DNA of 64,000 nucleotides from a virus: IMG/VR virus record IMGVR_UViG_3300042154_000577, positions 2,634 to 66,633 of that record, one strand, 5' to 3'. Shown piece by piece: positions 9,370 through 17,777 of the stretch. How positions within the stretch are numbered: the stretch's first letter is position 1; the number at the start of each line of letters is the position of its first letter. The translations under genes and the position numbers were made by a program. Below the pieces are notes generated by a model. That model made no database searches. It had not been told where the DNA came from and worked only from the letters and a program-made list of their open reading frames with translations.

Positions 9370-9968
9370 AAACAACGCTAAACAAAATTAGGGCGCATAG
9401 TCCTTGCACCGACGGTTGGAAAAAGCTGTTGAATAATTTAGGTAAAACCGAGGCTGATGATGAGCCACTGCTGCTGACTACCATCCTTGAAAGCAACGGA
9501 CTTGATGATACGTTGTGGTGCCTACGTGCAGTTGACGGGCATGAGCGTGAGATGCGCTTATTTGCTGTAGCCTGCGCTAGGCGTGTGCAACACTGGATGA
9601 CTGACAAGCGTAGTCTTGATGCACTTGACGTTGCAGAAAAGTTTGCTAACGGGCAGGCTACGCAGGAAGAATTAACTGCTGCGTGGTCTGCTGCGATGGC
9701 TGCTGGGAGGGCTGCTGAGAGTGGTGCTGCGAGTGATGCTGCGAGTGATGCTGCGAGTGATGCTGCGGCGTGGGCTCCGGCGTGGGCTCCGGCGTGGGCT
9801 GCGAGGGCTGCGAGGGCTGCGATGGCTGCTGCGAGTGCGGCAAGGGCTGCTGCGGGTGCTGCGGGTGCTGCGAGGGCTGCGGGTGCTGCGAGGGCTGCTG
9901 CGGAGGCTGCGATGGCTGAACGTGAAGCGCAGGCAGCGCTGTTTATTTTGATGTGTGAGGGTATGTGA
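9366..9968 (+). CDS. Ala-rich low-complexity phage protein
   Basis: MKTTLNKIRAHSPC...GW...RLFAVACA followed by Ala-rich repeats. Confidence 0.85.
   Translation: MKTTLNKIRAHSPCTDGWKKLLNNLGKTEADDEPLLLTTILESNGLDDTLWCLRAVDGHEREMRLFAVACARRVQHWMTDKRSLDALDVAEKFANGQATQEELTAAWSAAMAAGRAAESGAASDAASDAASDAAAWAPAWAPAWAARAARAAMAAASAARAAAGAAGAARAAGAARAAAEAAMAEREAQAALFILMCEGM
9676..9916 (+). repeat. GCTGCG-based 9/12-bp tandem repeats
   Basis: GCTGCGAGTGAT x3, GCGTGGGCTCCG x2, GCTGCGAGG/GGT units. Confidence 0.85.
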
Positions 9969-9969
9969 T

Positions 9970-10188
9970 ATGAAACTACCTGAAATGTCCGTGATTGACA
10001 CCCACTTGCCGAGCAATACCAAGATACGTGGTTTCACTACCGAGCAGATGTTGGCGTGGGGCAAAGCCTGCGCCGAGGCAGAACGTGAGGCTTGCGCGAA
10101 GCTGCTTGACGAAATGGCGGCACAAGATAAACATAGCAACTATTACGTTGTCGCAGCCAAAGCCCTTAGAACAAGGAGTAAATCATGA
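9970..10188 (+). CDS. Hypothetical protein (AEREACA motif)
   Basis: MKLPEM...AEAEREACAKL. Confidence 0.75.
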   Translation: MKLPEMSVIDTHLPSNTKIRGFTTEQMLAWGKACAEAEREACAKLLDEMAAQDKHSNYYVVAAKALRTRSKS

Positions 10189-10526
10189 GCCGCTTACTTT
10201 TTGCTGCCGCCCGTGGAGCGAGGATACAGGAGCAAAGACAGTGGAGTAGTGCGGGGTGGTGGGACGCCGTATCTATCGTGATACCTGACTATGAAGTAAC
10301 GCCGCAACGCATCCACCCGGATGACGAGCATCTCCAATACGGCCCGATCAGCACGGCGCTGCGGGAGATGGCTGCAGATAGTTCTTACCGTGGAGATTGG
10401 GAAGTTTACTTTGCTCATGTCGCCGCGAATGAATTTACAGAGTATTTGGATTTCTGGCAGGGCAAGCCTGACAATTCATTGTTTTATTTAATCTTGGCCG
10501 AAGCACTGGCCGATGAGGGGATGTGA
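10185..10526 (+). CDS. Hypothetical protein
   Basis: AAGGAG RBS, ATGA overlap. Confidence 0.75.
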   Translation: MSRLLFAAARGARIQEQRQWSSAGWWDAVSIVIPDYEVTPQRIHPDDEHLQYGPISTALREMAADSSYRGDWEVYFAHVAANEFTEYLDFWQGKPDNSLFYLILAEALADEGM

Positions 10527-10933
10527 TGACAGGATTTGATTCAAAGCGCCAAGCAGCGCAGGCTAAGGTGAACGATGATGACGATGCTGCCACGTTACTG
10601 ATTGTGTACCAGCGCGGGTTTGCAGATGGTAAGGCAGCACAGCCAGAGCAAGAGCCTACCTGCCCCGAATGCAAAGCCGTTGTACTCTACGAATGTGTGG
10701 CTTGCAGCAGCAACAACTATCCACCTAAGCCAGAGCAGGAGCCGGTTGCATTTATAAATCCTCCGGGGCCGATAACGCAATACACCATCCCAACTCAGTC
10801 GCTGCCGGACGAGATTGTCAGGCTTGCCGGTGTCGCACTGCATGAAATGCCACGCCCCCGGACCGACTGGCATAGCTGCGCCAAATTAGTCTGTGAGGCT
10901 GTAGTTGCCCACAACATCAAGGAGAAACCATGA
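10526..10933 (+). CDS. Modular hypothetical protein with two PEQEP linkers and a Cys module
   Basis: AQPEQEPTCPEC...CVAC...PEQEPVAF. Confidence 0.8.
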   Translation: MTGFDSKRQAAQAKVNDDDDAATLLIVYQRGFADGKAAQPEQEPTCPECKAVVLYECVACSSNNYPPKPEQEPVAFINPPGPITQYTIPTQSLPDEIVRLAGVALHEMPRPRTDWHSCAKLVCEAVVAHNIKEKP

Positions 10934-12085
10934 TCACAGTGAAAGATTTAATGACCAGTCCGGCGCAGTCATCGCCAGACGGCAAGCACTGGGAGCCTGC
11001 ACTGCCACACCCCGGTTGGCCTTTTTGGAAAACTCGGCTTAAAGACGCTTTGGCTGTCTGGCAGGGTAAAGCAATTGCAGTCCGTCAAACAACTAAAGCC
11101 GACATCAAGGAGGGGACATGACTAACTTAAGACAAGTTGCGCAGCAGGCGCTGGAGGCGTGGGATGACCCGATGGGTATGAAAGACTTATGCGTGGCAAT
11201 GGATGCCCTTCGCAAAGTTCTGGCACAGCCAGAGCATCAAGCCGAGCCTTTGACTAAAGAACGTATCTTGGTGTTAGTGGACGCTTACGTTGAGGCATCT
11301 GCTAAATGCGACCACATTCTTGGACATTATGCGCAAACTGAGTTTCAGATTGCGCAAGCCAAAGCTGACTTGGCAAAAGCACGGGCGACTTTTGAAACAG
11401 CGATTGTCGCTGCACAGCCAGAGCAGGAGCCGGTGGCGTTTGCGGCGGAAATTGTAGAGGATGTTAACGGTGTTTTGTCAACGCGCTGGGCAGACTGGTG
11501 GATGCCAAACGAGGGCGACAAACTCTACACCACCACACCCGCAGCACAGCCAGAGCCTATGCGTTTGTACGTTGAAGACTTTGCAAGAAGGTGCGGTTGG
11601 GAAAAAGACAGCGGGGAAGGGGCGTTTGAATACGTACAAAGAAAATCGTATGCACAAGGTCTTGAAGATGCTACCCCACCCGTAGCACAGCCAAAGCAGG
11701 AGCCGGTGGCGTGGATTGCTGAAGTTGAATTGAGCGTTTTCGCCAGAACGCCAAAAGAGAAAACAACAGTTGAGATTTGGAAAAAACCTGTTCTTGACAG
11801 CGATGTTGCTATCTACACCGCCCCACCCCAGCGCCCGACGTTTTATCAACCCGCTGCAAACGAAGCGGTAGAAATTTTAAAGTCACTTGGCTACGTGTAC
11901 GAGCCGACATACACTGGACTTGCGTGGGTAGCTAAAAAGGCAGCACAGCCAGAGCAGGAGCCGGTGGCGTGGTTGAAGGAAGATTGGACTGGTGGACACC
12001 TTAACTACGAAAGTGTGTACGAGAAAGCCTTTGCCGCTTTTCCCGTTTTCAAGCACCCACCCGCAGCGCCAGAGCAGGAGCCATG
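10634..12085 (+). repeat. Dispersed direct repeat GCACAGCCAGAGCAGGAGCCGGTGGCGT
   Basis: 28 bp identical at 11412 and 11943, one mismatch at 11685, partial copies near 10634, 10728, 11223, 11541, 12063. Confidence 0.9.
10930..11121 (+). CDS. Hypothetical protein
   Basis: AAGGAG RBS, ATGA overlap. Confidence 0.75.
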   Translation: MITVKDLMTSPAQSSPDGKHWEPALPHPGWPFWKTRLKDALAVWQGKAIAVRQTTKADIKEGT

Positions 12086-12440
12086 CGTAGGAAAAGACCC
12101 GCGATGCCCCTGCCAAGATGGTGATGCGTGTCATTACAAAGACTGTGGGAATACGAAGGCACGGCCAGTGCCGCAAGCCGAGCCAACCACTTGGCGAGAA
12201 ATGGTTGTGGTTACCTTAGTCCGAGAGGGCATCAATAAACACCGGGCGCGGGAGTTGGCTGATCATTTTGCAGCACAGCGCCCGTGGCAGGGTCTGACGG
12301 ACGAGGAGGTCAATGCAGTATACGAACAGGCCGAAGTTCTTGTACATGATTCATGGGTCGGTAGTGGCACTGTCGGATTGATGTTCCCCATCACGTTATA
12401 CAAAATGTTTGAAGCCAAACTGAAGGAGAAGAACAAATGA
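11118..12440 (+). CDS. Mosaic protein of short modules joined by AQPEQEPVA linkers
   Basis: About six linker copies; ends RPWQGLTDEE...EAKLKEKNK. Confidence 0.85.
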   Translation: MTNLRQVAQQALEAWDDPMGMKDLCVAMDALRKVLAQPEHQAEPLTKERILVLVDAYVEASAKCDHILGHYAQTEFQIAQAKADLAKARATFETAIVAAQPEQEPVAFAAEIVEDVNGVLSTRWADWWMPNEGDKLYTTTPAAQPEPMRLYVEDFARRCGWEKDSGEGAFEYVQRKSYAQGLEDATPPVAQPKQEPVAWIAEVELSVFARTPKEKTTVEIWKKPVLDSDVAIYTAPPQRPTFYQPAANEAVEILKSLGYVYEPTYTGLAWVAKKAAQPEQEPVAWLKEDWTGGHLNYESVYEKAFAAFPVFKHPPAAPEQEPCVGKDPRCPCQDGDACHYKDCGNTKARPVPQAEPTTWREMVVVTLVREGINKHRARELADHFAAQRPWQGLTDEEVNAVYEQAEVLVHDSWVGSGTVGLMFPITLYKMFEAKLKEKNK

Positions 12441-12637
12441 GTAACAGACCACTGACAAAAACAGAATGGTTAACGTCTTTGGAGGAGCTATGGGAAACCG
12501 CGCAGCAACCACGCCCGTGGGTAGGGCTGACGGATGAGGAGGTGAAGCACGAATGGGAAGTTTGGAGAGCAAGTTTGCCCCGCTATCTTGGCTTTGCACA
12601 AGGCATCGAAACCAAACTAAAGGAGCGCAACACATGA
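12437..12637 (+). CDS. Hypothetical protein
   Basis: RPWVGLTDEE...IETKLKERNT, same terminal module as the upstream gene. Confidence 0.8.
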   Translation: MSNRPLTKTEWLTSLEELWETAQQPRPWVGLTDEEVKHEWEVWRASLPRYLGFAQGIETKLKERNT

Positions 12638-12828
12638 CACCAAAATTCACACAACTACTTGAAAAGTGCATCCTCGACGGAGTAGTTTTGGGGCACAAAA
12701 GAGCATACAAGCACGACAGTGCGCCAAGTGAATCGGACATTAATCAGTCAATCGTTAATGAAGTGCTTACTGAAATATATGAGTGGTTTGATTTTGATGA
12801 CGCCAAATTAAAGGAGAAGAACACATGA
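12634..12828 (+). CDS. Hypothetical protein (MTPKFTQLL...)
   Basis: AAGGAG RBS, ATGA overlap; ends AKLKEKNT. Confidence 0.75.
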   Translation: MTPKFTQLLEKCILDGVVLGHKRAYKHDSAPSESDINQSIVNEVLTEIYEWFDFDDAKLKEKNT

Positions 12829-12992
12829 AAACGAAACAAGAAATCAAAGAGGAAATCAGCGATTTGTACGCAGCCCAAAAAGCACTTAGCGAAGCTGCGG
12901 AGTGGGTTCACAAGAACCAAATGGAAGCAATGAAAAAGATGATTGCGTTAAACCAAATGCTCAAAGATATGGAGAATGACAATGATCACTGA
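12825..12992 (+). CDS. Small coiled-coil protein (55 aa)
   Basis: Manual translation MKTKQEIKEEISDL...ENDNDH*; AAGGAG RBS, ATGA overlap. Confidence 0.7.
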   Translation: MKTKQEIKEEISDLYAAQKALSEAAEWVHKNQMEAMKKMIALNQMLKDMENDNDH

Positions 12993-13185
12993 AGACGACG
13001 AGTTTGAGAGGATTGAGCGCGAGATTGAGCAACGCAAAAAAAAGGTTGATGATGATCTTATGGTGGTCTACTCATTGCGGTTGACCAAGAGCCAACGGGT
13101 CAAGCTGCTGCAGCTTGGCGGACCCAAGTGGATACGTGAGCAGATAGAGAAAGCAATGGAGAAACCAAATGACAACAGGAATTGA
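12976..13185 (+). CDS. Putative ribbon-helix-helix DNA-binding protein
   Basis: VVYSLRLT strand followed by KLLQLGGPKWIREQIE. Confidence 0.6.
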   Translation: MTMITEDDEFERIEREIEQRKKKVDDDLMVVYSLRLTKSQRVKLLQLGGPKWIREQIEKAMEKPNDNRN

Positions 13186-13375
13186 GTTCTTAAAGCTACC
13201 CAAGAGGCGCATGGGGCGAGGCCCCGGCAAGAAGCCCACGCTGACCAATGTTAGCCTACGCATTCCTCAGGAGGTGCTGGACTACTTTACGGCGCACTAC
13301 CCATACACCAAGCAGGCAGAGATGCGAAGAGCCCTTAGTGAGTTCGTTACCAGAGAGAAAGGCAAAGGCAAATGA
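13169..13375 (+). CDS. BrnA-antitoxin-like RHH protein
   Basis: GRGPGKKP...VSLRIPQEVLDYF...QAEMRRALSEFV matches the BrnA C-terminal pattern. Confidence 0.65.
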   Translation: MTTGIEFLKLPKRRMGRGPGKKPTLTNVSLRIPQEVLDYFTAHYPYTKQAEMRRALSEFVTREKGKGK

Positions 13376-13587
13376 GCGACCCAGTGAATCACCCTGACCA
13401 CTACAAGGTAGGGGGCATTGAGACCATTGACTTTATCGAAGCCAAGCAACTGACGTACAACATCGGCAACGTGGTCAAGTACATCACCCGTGCCGACCAC
13501 AAAGGCAATCAGTTGCAGGACTTACAGAAGGCACAGTGGTATCTGACCCGAGAGATACAGCGCATACAAAAGAACACAGCAGCCTAA
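13372..13587 (+). CDS. DUF3310 / SaV-like protein
   Basis: DPVNHPDHY...GIETIDFI...GNVVKYITRA..KG...DLQKAQWYL. Confidence 0.92.
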   Translation: MSDPVNHPDHYKVGGIETIDFIEAKQLTYNIGNVVKYITRADHKGNQLQDLQKAQWYLTREIQRIQKNTAA

Positions 13588-13597
13588 CAATGTTAGG
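13583..13597. promoter_or_regulatory. Palindromic site CCTAACAATGTTAGG, copy 5
   Basis: Perfect 15-bp copy overlapping the DUF3310 stop, just before a terminator. Confidence 0.75.
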
Positions 13598-13606
13598 GTA
13601 AACACC

Positions 13607-13628
13607 AACCCGCTTCGGCGGGTTTTTT
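13607..13628 (+). terminator. Rho-independent terminator
   Basis: AACCCGC-TTCG-GCGGGTT plus T tract. Confidence 0.9.
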
Positions 13629-13638
13629 ACGTCTGTAC

Positions 13639-13667
13639 TTGTACAAAGTCAAATGCCATGCTATAGT
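13639..13667 (+). promoter_or_regulatory. Sigma70-type promoter for the replication operon
   Basis: TTGTAC-N17-TATAGT with extended -10 TG. Confidence 0.7.
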
Positions 13668-13693
13668 CATTCCATAAACAACTGGAGTGTTAG

Positions 13694-13990
13694 ATGGCAA
13701 CAACCCCCGAGTCCAAGGTCAAGGCAAAGATCAAGGACATCCTCAAAGCCCAGAACGTCTACTACGCTATGCCAATAGGCACTGGCTACGGTAACTCAGG
13801 CGTCCCCGACTTCCTCTGCTGCGTCAACGGTCACTTCCTTGGTATCGAAGCCAAGGCAGGTAAAGGCACGACGACTGCACTGCAGGAAAAGAACCTTGAG
13901 CTAATCAGACATTCGGGCGGCACAGCAACGGTAATCAACGAGGACACGCTTGAGTACCTAGAACAACTAATCAAACTGATGAGAGCATAA
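13694..13990 (+). CDS. VRR-NUC domain nuclease / resolvase
   Basis: PESKVK...GVPD...GIEAK...TALQ. Confidence 0.88.
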   Translation: MATTPESKVKAKIKDILKAQNVYYAMPIGTGYGNSGVPDFLCCVNGHFLGIEAKAGKGTTTALQEKNLELIRHSGGTATVINEDTLEYLEQLIKLMRA

Positions 13991-13992
13991 AA

Positions 13993-14352
13993 ATGGCAGA
14001 AATATCCAATGGTGTAAAGATTCTTTTAGGGCGCATGGCGTCTCACCCCGAAGACTTCTACGGCGATGCTTTGCAATGGAGGTTTATGTTCGCGGAGAAG
14101 TTCCGCGATGTGCTCACCGAGCCAGAGAAGGGGATGATCCACGAAGCCCTGAAGGACTTGCGGCGAGGTGAGTTCGATGGGCTAGTCGTACAAGCCATCC
14201 TGCGAGACGAAGAAGAGAAGAAAGAGGCGGAGGAGCAGGCGGCTGCAGCTATGAGAGTGAGGGCGCAAAACCTACCAAAGTTACGCATGCGACCATCAAA
14301 TATAGGTACGTCTGCTGAGTATATAAACCCATTGCAGAACACCTACAAATGA
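13993..14352 (+). CDS. Hypothetical protein
   Basis: 119-aa ORF coupled to the polymerase by ATGA. Confidence 0.75.
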   Translation: MAEISNGVKILLGRMASHPEDFYGDALQWRFMFAEKFRDVLTEPEKGMIHEALKDLRRGEFDGLVVQAILRDEEEKKEAEEQAAAAMRVRAQNLPKLRMRPSNIGTSAEYINPLQNTYK

Positions 14353-16175
14353 ACATCCTCACCCTAGACTTTGAGACCTACTACTCGCAAGAGTTCAGTC
14401 TCAGCAAGATCACCAATGAGGAGTACGTGCGCTCCTTTGAGTTTGAGGTCATTGGTGTGTCGGTGCAGGTAGATGACGGAGCGCCTGAGTGGTTCACCGG
14501 GACTATGGCCGAGACCGCTGTGTTTTTGCGGCAGTTCGATTGGGAGAATAGCCTAGCCCTAGCTCACAATGCTGCGTTCGATGCGTCTATCCTTACGTGG
14601 ATATTCGGTATCAAGCCGAAGGGCTGGCTGGACACGTTGTCTATGGGTCGTGCACTGCACGGCACTGAGGTCGGTGGTAGCTTGGCTGTACTTGCAAAGC
14701 ACTACGAGGTTGGTACCAAAGGCACTGAGGTAGTCACGGCGAAGGGACTGCGCCGTAAGGACTTCCCTGAAGAGCAGCTAGCAGAGTACGGCAAGTATTG
14801 CTGCAACGATACGGCCATGACCTATGCCCTATTCCAGAAGATGAGCGTTGGGTTCCCGCCGAGCGAGTTGCGGCTCATTGACTTGACCGTTCGCATGTTC
14901 TCTGAGCCGGTGCTGCAGTTGGACGAGGACATTTTGAAGTCGCACTTGTTCGAGGTTAAGACGAAGAAAGCCGAACTGCTTAGCAAGATGCTGATCGAGA
15001 AGGACCAGCTAATGAGCAACCCTCAGCTTGCAAAGGTGCTTGAGGAGTTGGGTGTGGTTGTGCCTATGAAGGTCAGCCCAGCCAACGGCAAACAGACGTA
15101 CGCATTCTCTAAGACCGACGAGGAGTTTAAGGCGTTGCTTGAGCATGACAACGTGATCGTGCAGGCCATCGTCGCTGCGCGGCTTGGGGTCAAGTCAACC
15201 ATCGAGGAGACACGGACTGAGAGGTTCATTGGGATTGCCCAGCGCGGTCCGATGCCAGTTCCGCTACGCTACTACGCTGCACACACAGGTCGATGGGGCG
15301 GTGACGACAAGCTCAACCTGCAGAACCTGCCGCGCAAATCTCCACTGAAGTATTCCATCATTGCCCCCGATGGGTACGTGATACTGGACTCAGACTCCTC
15401 GCAGATTGAAGCCCGTACGCTGGCATGGCTAGCTGGGCAGAATGACTTGGTTGAAGCATTCGATAAGGGCGAGGATGTGTACTGCATCATGGCGTCAGCC
15501 ATCTACGGACGCCAGATTACCAAGGCTGACGGGGCGGAGAGACAGGTAGGCAAATTAACGGTTCTCGGATGCGGCTATGGCATGGGCGCAGCAAAGTTCA
15601 AGCTGCAGCTAAAAAACTCTGGCGTTGACGTTGAGCTAGACGAGGCCAAGCGCATCATTGATACTTACCGGGCTACCTACCCTAACATTGTTAGGCTGTG
15701 GGCAGAAGCTGGCGACATGCTTAGGGCCATGCTGCGGAATGCACAGACAACTCTGGGCCGCGATGGACTGCTAGAAGTGGACGGGGCCAACGGCGTCAAG
15801 CTACCCAACGGGCTGTATCTCAAGTATCCTAACCTGCGCGTACGTGAGGACGAGAAGACAGGCAAGGTCGAGGTTGTGTACGACACCAAGAAGGGCAAAG
15901 CAGTTATCCCTAACCGCATATACGGTGGTAAGGTAATCGAGAACGTATGCCAAGCACTTGCCCGCATCATCATAGGTGAGCAGATGCTACGGATCGCAAA
16001 GAAGTACCGGGTGGTCATGACCGTGCACGATGCGATTGCGGTCATTGCACCCAAAGCCGAGGCTGAAACAGCCCAAGAATATGTAGAGATGTGCATGCGG
16101 CTCCGCCCCTCATGGGCACCGGAGCTACCCCTCAACTGTGAATCTGGATACGGAGATAGTTATGGAGACTGTTAA
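14349..16175 (+). CDS. polA: Family A DNA polymerase with 3'-5' exonuclease
   Basis: Exo DFETY and AHNAAFD; TGRW, NLQN; motif A DSSQIEAR; motif B RQVGKLTVLGCGYG; motif C VHD. Confidence 0.95.
   Translation: MNILTLDFETYYSQEFSLSKITNEEYVRSFEFEVIGVSVQVDDGAPEWFTGTMAETAVFLRQFDWENSLALAHNAAFDASILTWIFGIKPKGWLDTLSMGRALHGTEVGGSLAVLAKHYEVGTKGTEVVTAKGLRRKDFPEEQLAEYGKYCCNDTAMTYALFQKMSVGFPPSELRLIDLTVRMFSEPVLQLDEDILKSHLFEVKTKKAELLSKMLIEKDQLMSNPQLAKVLEELGVVVPMKVSPANGKQTYAFSKTDEEFKALLEHDNVIVQAIVAARLGVKSTIEETRTERFIGIAQRGPMPVPLRYYAAHTGRWGGDDKLNLQNLPRKSPLKYSIIAPDGYVILDSDSSQIEARTLAWLAGQNDLVEAFDKGEDVYCIMASAIYGRQITKADGAERQVGKLTVLGCGYGMGAAKFKLQLKNSGVDVELDEAKRIIDTYRATYPNIVRLWAEAGDMLRAMLRNAQTTLGRDGLLEVDGANGVKLPNGLYLKYPNLRVREDEKTGKVEVVYDTKKGKAVIPNRIYGGKVIENVCQALARIIIGEQMLRIAKKYRVVMTVHDAIAVIAPKAEAETAQEYVEMCMRLRPSWAPELPLNCESGYGDSYGDC
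15681..15695. repeat. Palindrome CCTAACATTGTTAGG, copy 6 (inside polymerase gene)
   Basis: Perfect 15-bp copy. Confidence 0.8.
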
Positions 16176-16845
16176 GGCAATAGAAACTTACTACAAGGGT
16201 TACCACTTCCGGTCAAGGCTAGAAGCTAGGTGGGCTGTGTTCTTTGACACGCTTGGCCTACCTTGGAAGTACGAAGACCAAGGATACCAAAAGGAAATAT
16301 ACGACGAGGATGCCCCTATTGCTGACGCTGACCCCGAATCAGAACAGTATGGTTCCAAAATAGTACGGTATCTTCCCGACTTCTTCCTGCCGCGCAGATA
16401 CGGAGAAGAAGGGATTTTTGTAGAAGTCAAAGGCGATAAAAATGCGCTTAAAAAAGATTGGTGGAAACACAGCCAGATGCACGATTACGGAGGAGTACTA
16501 CCCAATTTTGCAGACTCAATTGGTAAAAATATAGGACTGCTACTGCTTTCCGAAATACCCGAACCATCAAACAGCAAGGCATATTTCCACCCCATCCTCC
16601 AGCATCACAAAGGGCTTGTAAAAAGCTATGGCTCCTTTACGCCTCACGGTTTTGAGGTTGTTCGGCGATCTGGACTAGCCGAACTCCTAGACATAGACCC
16701 GATTCATGGTTTAGATTCCAGCGGCGATGATTGGGACATAGATACACGCCAAGTGCACACCCATAACCATTACCCAACTGTAGTGAACGCATACGCCGCT
16801 GCACGGTCTGCTAGGTTCGAGCATGGGCAGAGGGGGGCTACATGA
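16162..16845 (+). CDS. PD-(D/E)XK-type endonuclease-like protein
   Basis: FRSRLEARWAVFFD...YE...YLPDF...FVEVKG. Confidence 0.78.
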   Translation: METVKAIETYYKGYHFRSRLEARWAVFFDTLGLPWKYEDQGYQKEIYDEDAPIADADPESEQYGSKIVRYLPDFFLPRRYGEEGIFVEVKGDKNALKKDWWKHSQMHDYGGVLPNFADSIGKNIGLLLLSEIPEPSNSKAYFHPILQHHKGLVKSYGSFTPHGFEVVRRSGLAELLDIDPIHGLDSSGDDWDIDTRQVHTHNHYPTVVNAYAAARSARFEHGQRGAT

Positions 16846-17516
16846 ACTCTAAACCAATCGTCTGGTCATTCAGCAGCTTAAAGACATTTCAACAGTGCCC
16901 GCGCAAGTATTACCACGCCAAGATTGCGCCCGATGCGATTCGAGAACCCGACACCACAGCTACGCTATACGGCAAGGCTGCGCACACGGTGGCCGAGGAC
17001 TACATTAACAAGGGCGCACCAATCCCACCGCAGTTTGAGTACATGCAGGGTGTGCTGGACACGCTCAACGCAATCCCCGGAGAGAAGCTATGCGAAGTGA
17101 GGCTTGGGTTAACAAGAAACTTGGAGAGTTGCGATTTCGATGCACCGAATGTATGGTGGCATGGAATAGCCGATCTGGTGATTATCAATCGGACGACAGG
17201 GGTGGCTCACTCAGTGGACTACAAGACAAGCAAGAATGCGAGATATGCGGACAAAAAGCAACTGGACCTTGTAGCTTGTGGCCTGTTTGCAAAGTTTCCG
17301 GAGATCAAGAAGGTCAAGTCCGCTCTCCTTTTTATCGTGAGTAAGGAGTTCGTCAGAGCCGAGCAGTTCGCCGAGTTCAAGGACACCTACATAGACAAGT
17401 CCGCAGTAGACGTTGCGCGTATCGAAGCAGCAATAAAGAGTGGGGTGTGGAACCCCGTTAGCGGGCCGCTGTGCAAGTTCTGCGCGGTGAAAGATTGTGA
17501 GTACAACAGGAGCTAA
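16842..17516 (+). CDS. Cas4/RecB-like PD-(D/E)XK exonuclease
   Basis: WSFSSL...CP, GIADL, DYKT, QL, C-terminal CKFC...C. Confidence 0.9.
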   Translation: MNSKPIVWSFSSLKTFQQCPRKYYHAKIAPDAIREPDTTATLYGKAAHTVAEDYINKGAPIPPQFEYMQGVLDTLNAIPGEKLCEVRLGLTRNLESCDFDAPNVWWHGIADLVIINRTTGVAHSVDYKTSKNARYADKKQLDLVACGLFAKFPEIKKVKSALLFIVSKEFVRAEQFAEFKDTYIDKSAVDVARIEAAIKSGVWNPVSGPLCKFCAVKDCEYNRS

Positions 17517-17517
17517 T

Positions 17518-17775
17518 ATGAGCCAAATGACCAACGAAGAAACCGATACCGCCCTCATCCTTGAGAACGAACTAAAACGCCGAGTGACTGAGGTGTTGGG
17601 CACCATTGTGCACAAGGTTGTGCATAAGGCCATAGAAGCGAATTACGCTCAGCACAAATCGGCCATGATGCTAGAGGTTGCCGTATCAGTCGGTAAGATG
17701 CTGCGTTCAATTGAAGAAGATGGTCGCAAACCTCTGTGGGAAAATGATGCAGTATCAGCAATCACAAAGGACTAA
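17518..17775 (+). CDS. Hypothetical protein
   Basis: AGGAG RBS. Confidence 0.7.
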   Translation: MSQMTNEETDTALILENELKRRVTEVLGTIVHKVVHKAIEANYAQHKSAMMLEVAVSVGKMLRSIEEDGRKPLWENDAVSAITKD

Positions 17776-17777
17776 CT

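Noticed and set aside
9658-10139. Alternative-frame ORFs with RVML/RSIT/HSQ repeats
   Set aside because: By-products of the Ala-codon tandem repeat
10634-12085. AQPEQEP repeats as a CRISPR array
   Set aside because: Repeats are in-frame coding, degenerate and irregularly spaced; the Cas4-like gene is a normal phage exonuclease and no cas operon is present
8248-13254. Weaker palindrome-like matches near 8248, 9054 and 13242
   Set aside because: Two or three mismatches, within chance expectation; not counted
14349-16175. Modified-base system (DpoZ-type polymerase)
   Set aside because: No purZ or other base-modification genes recognised
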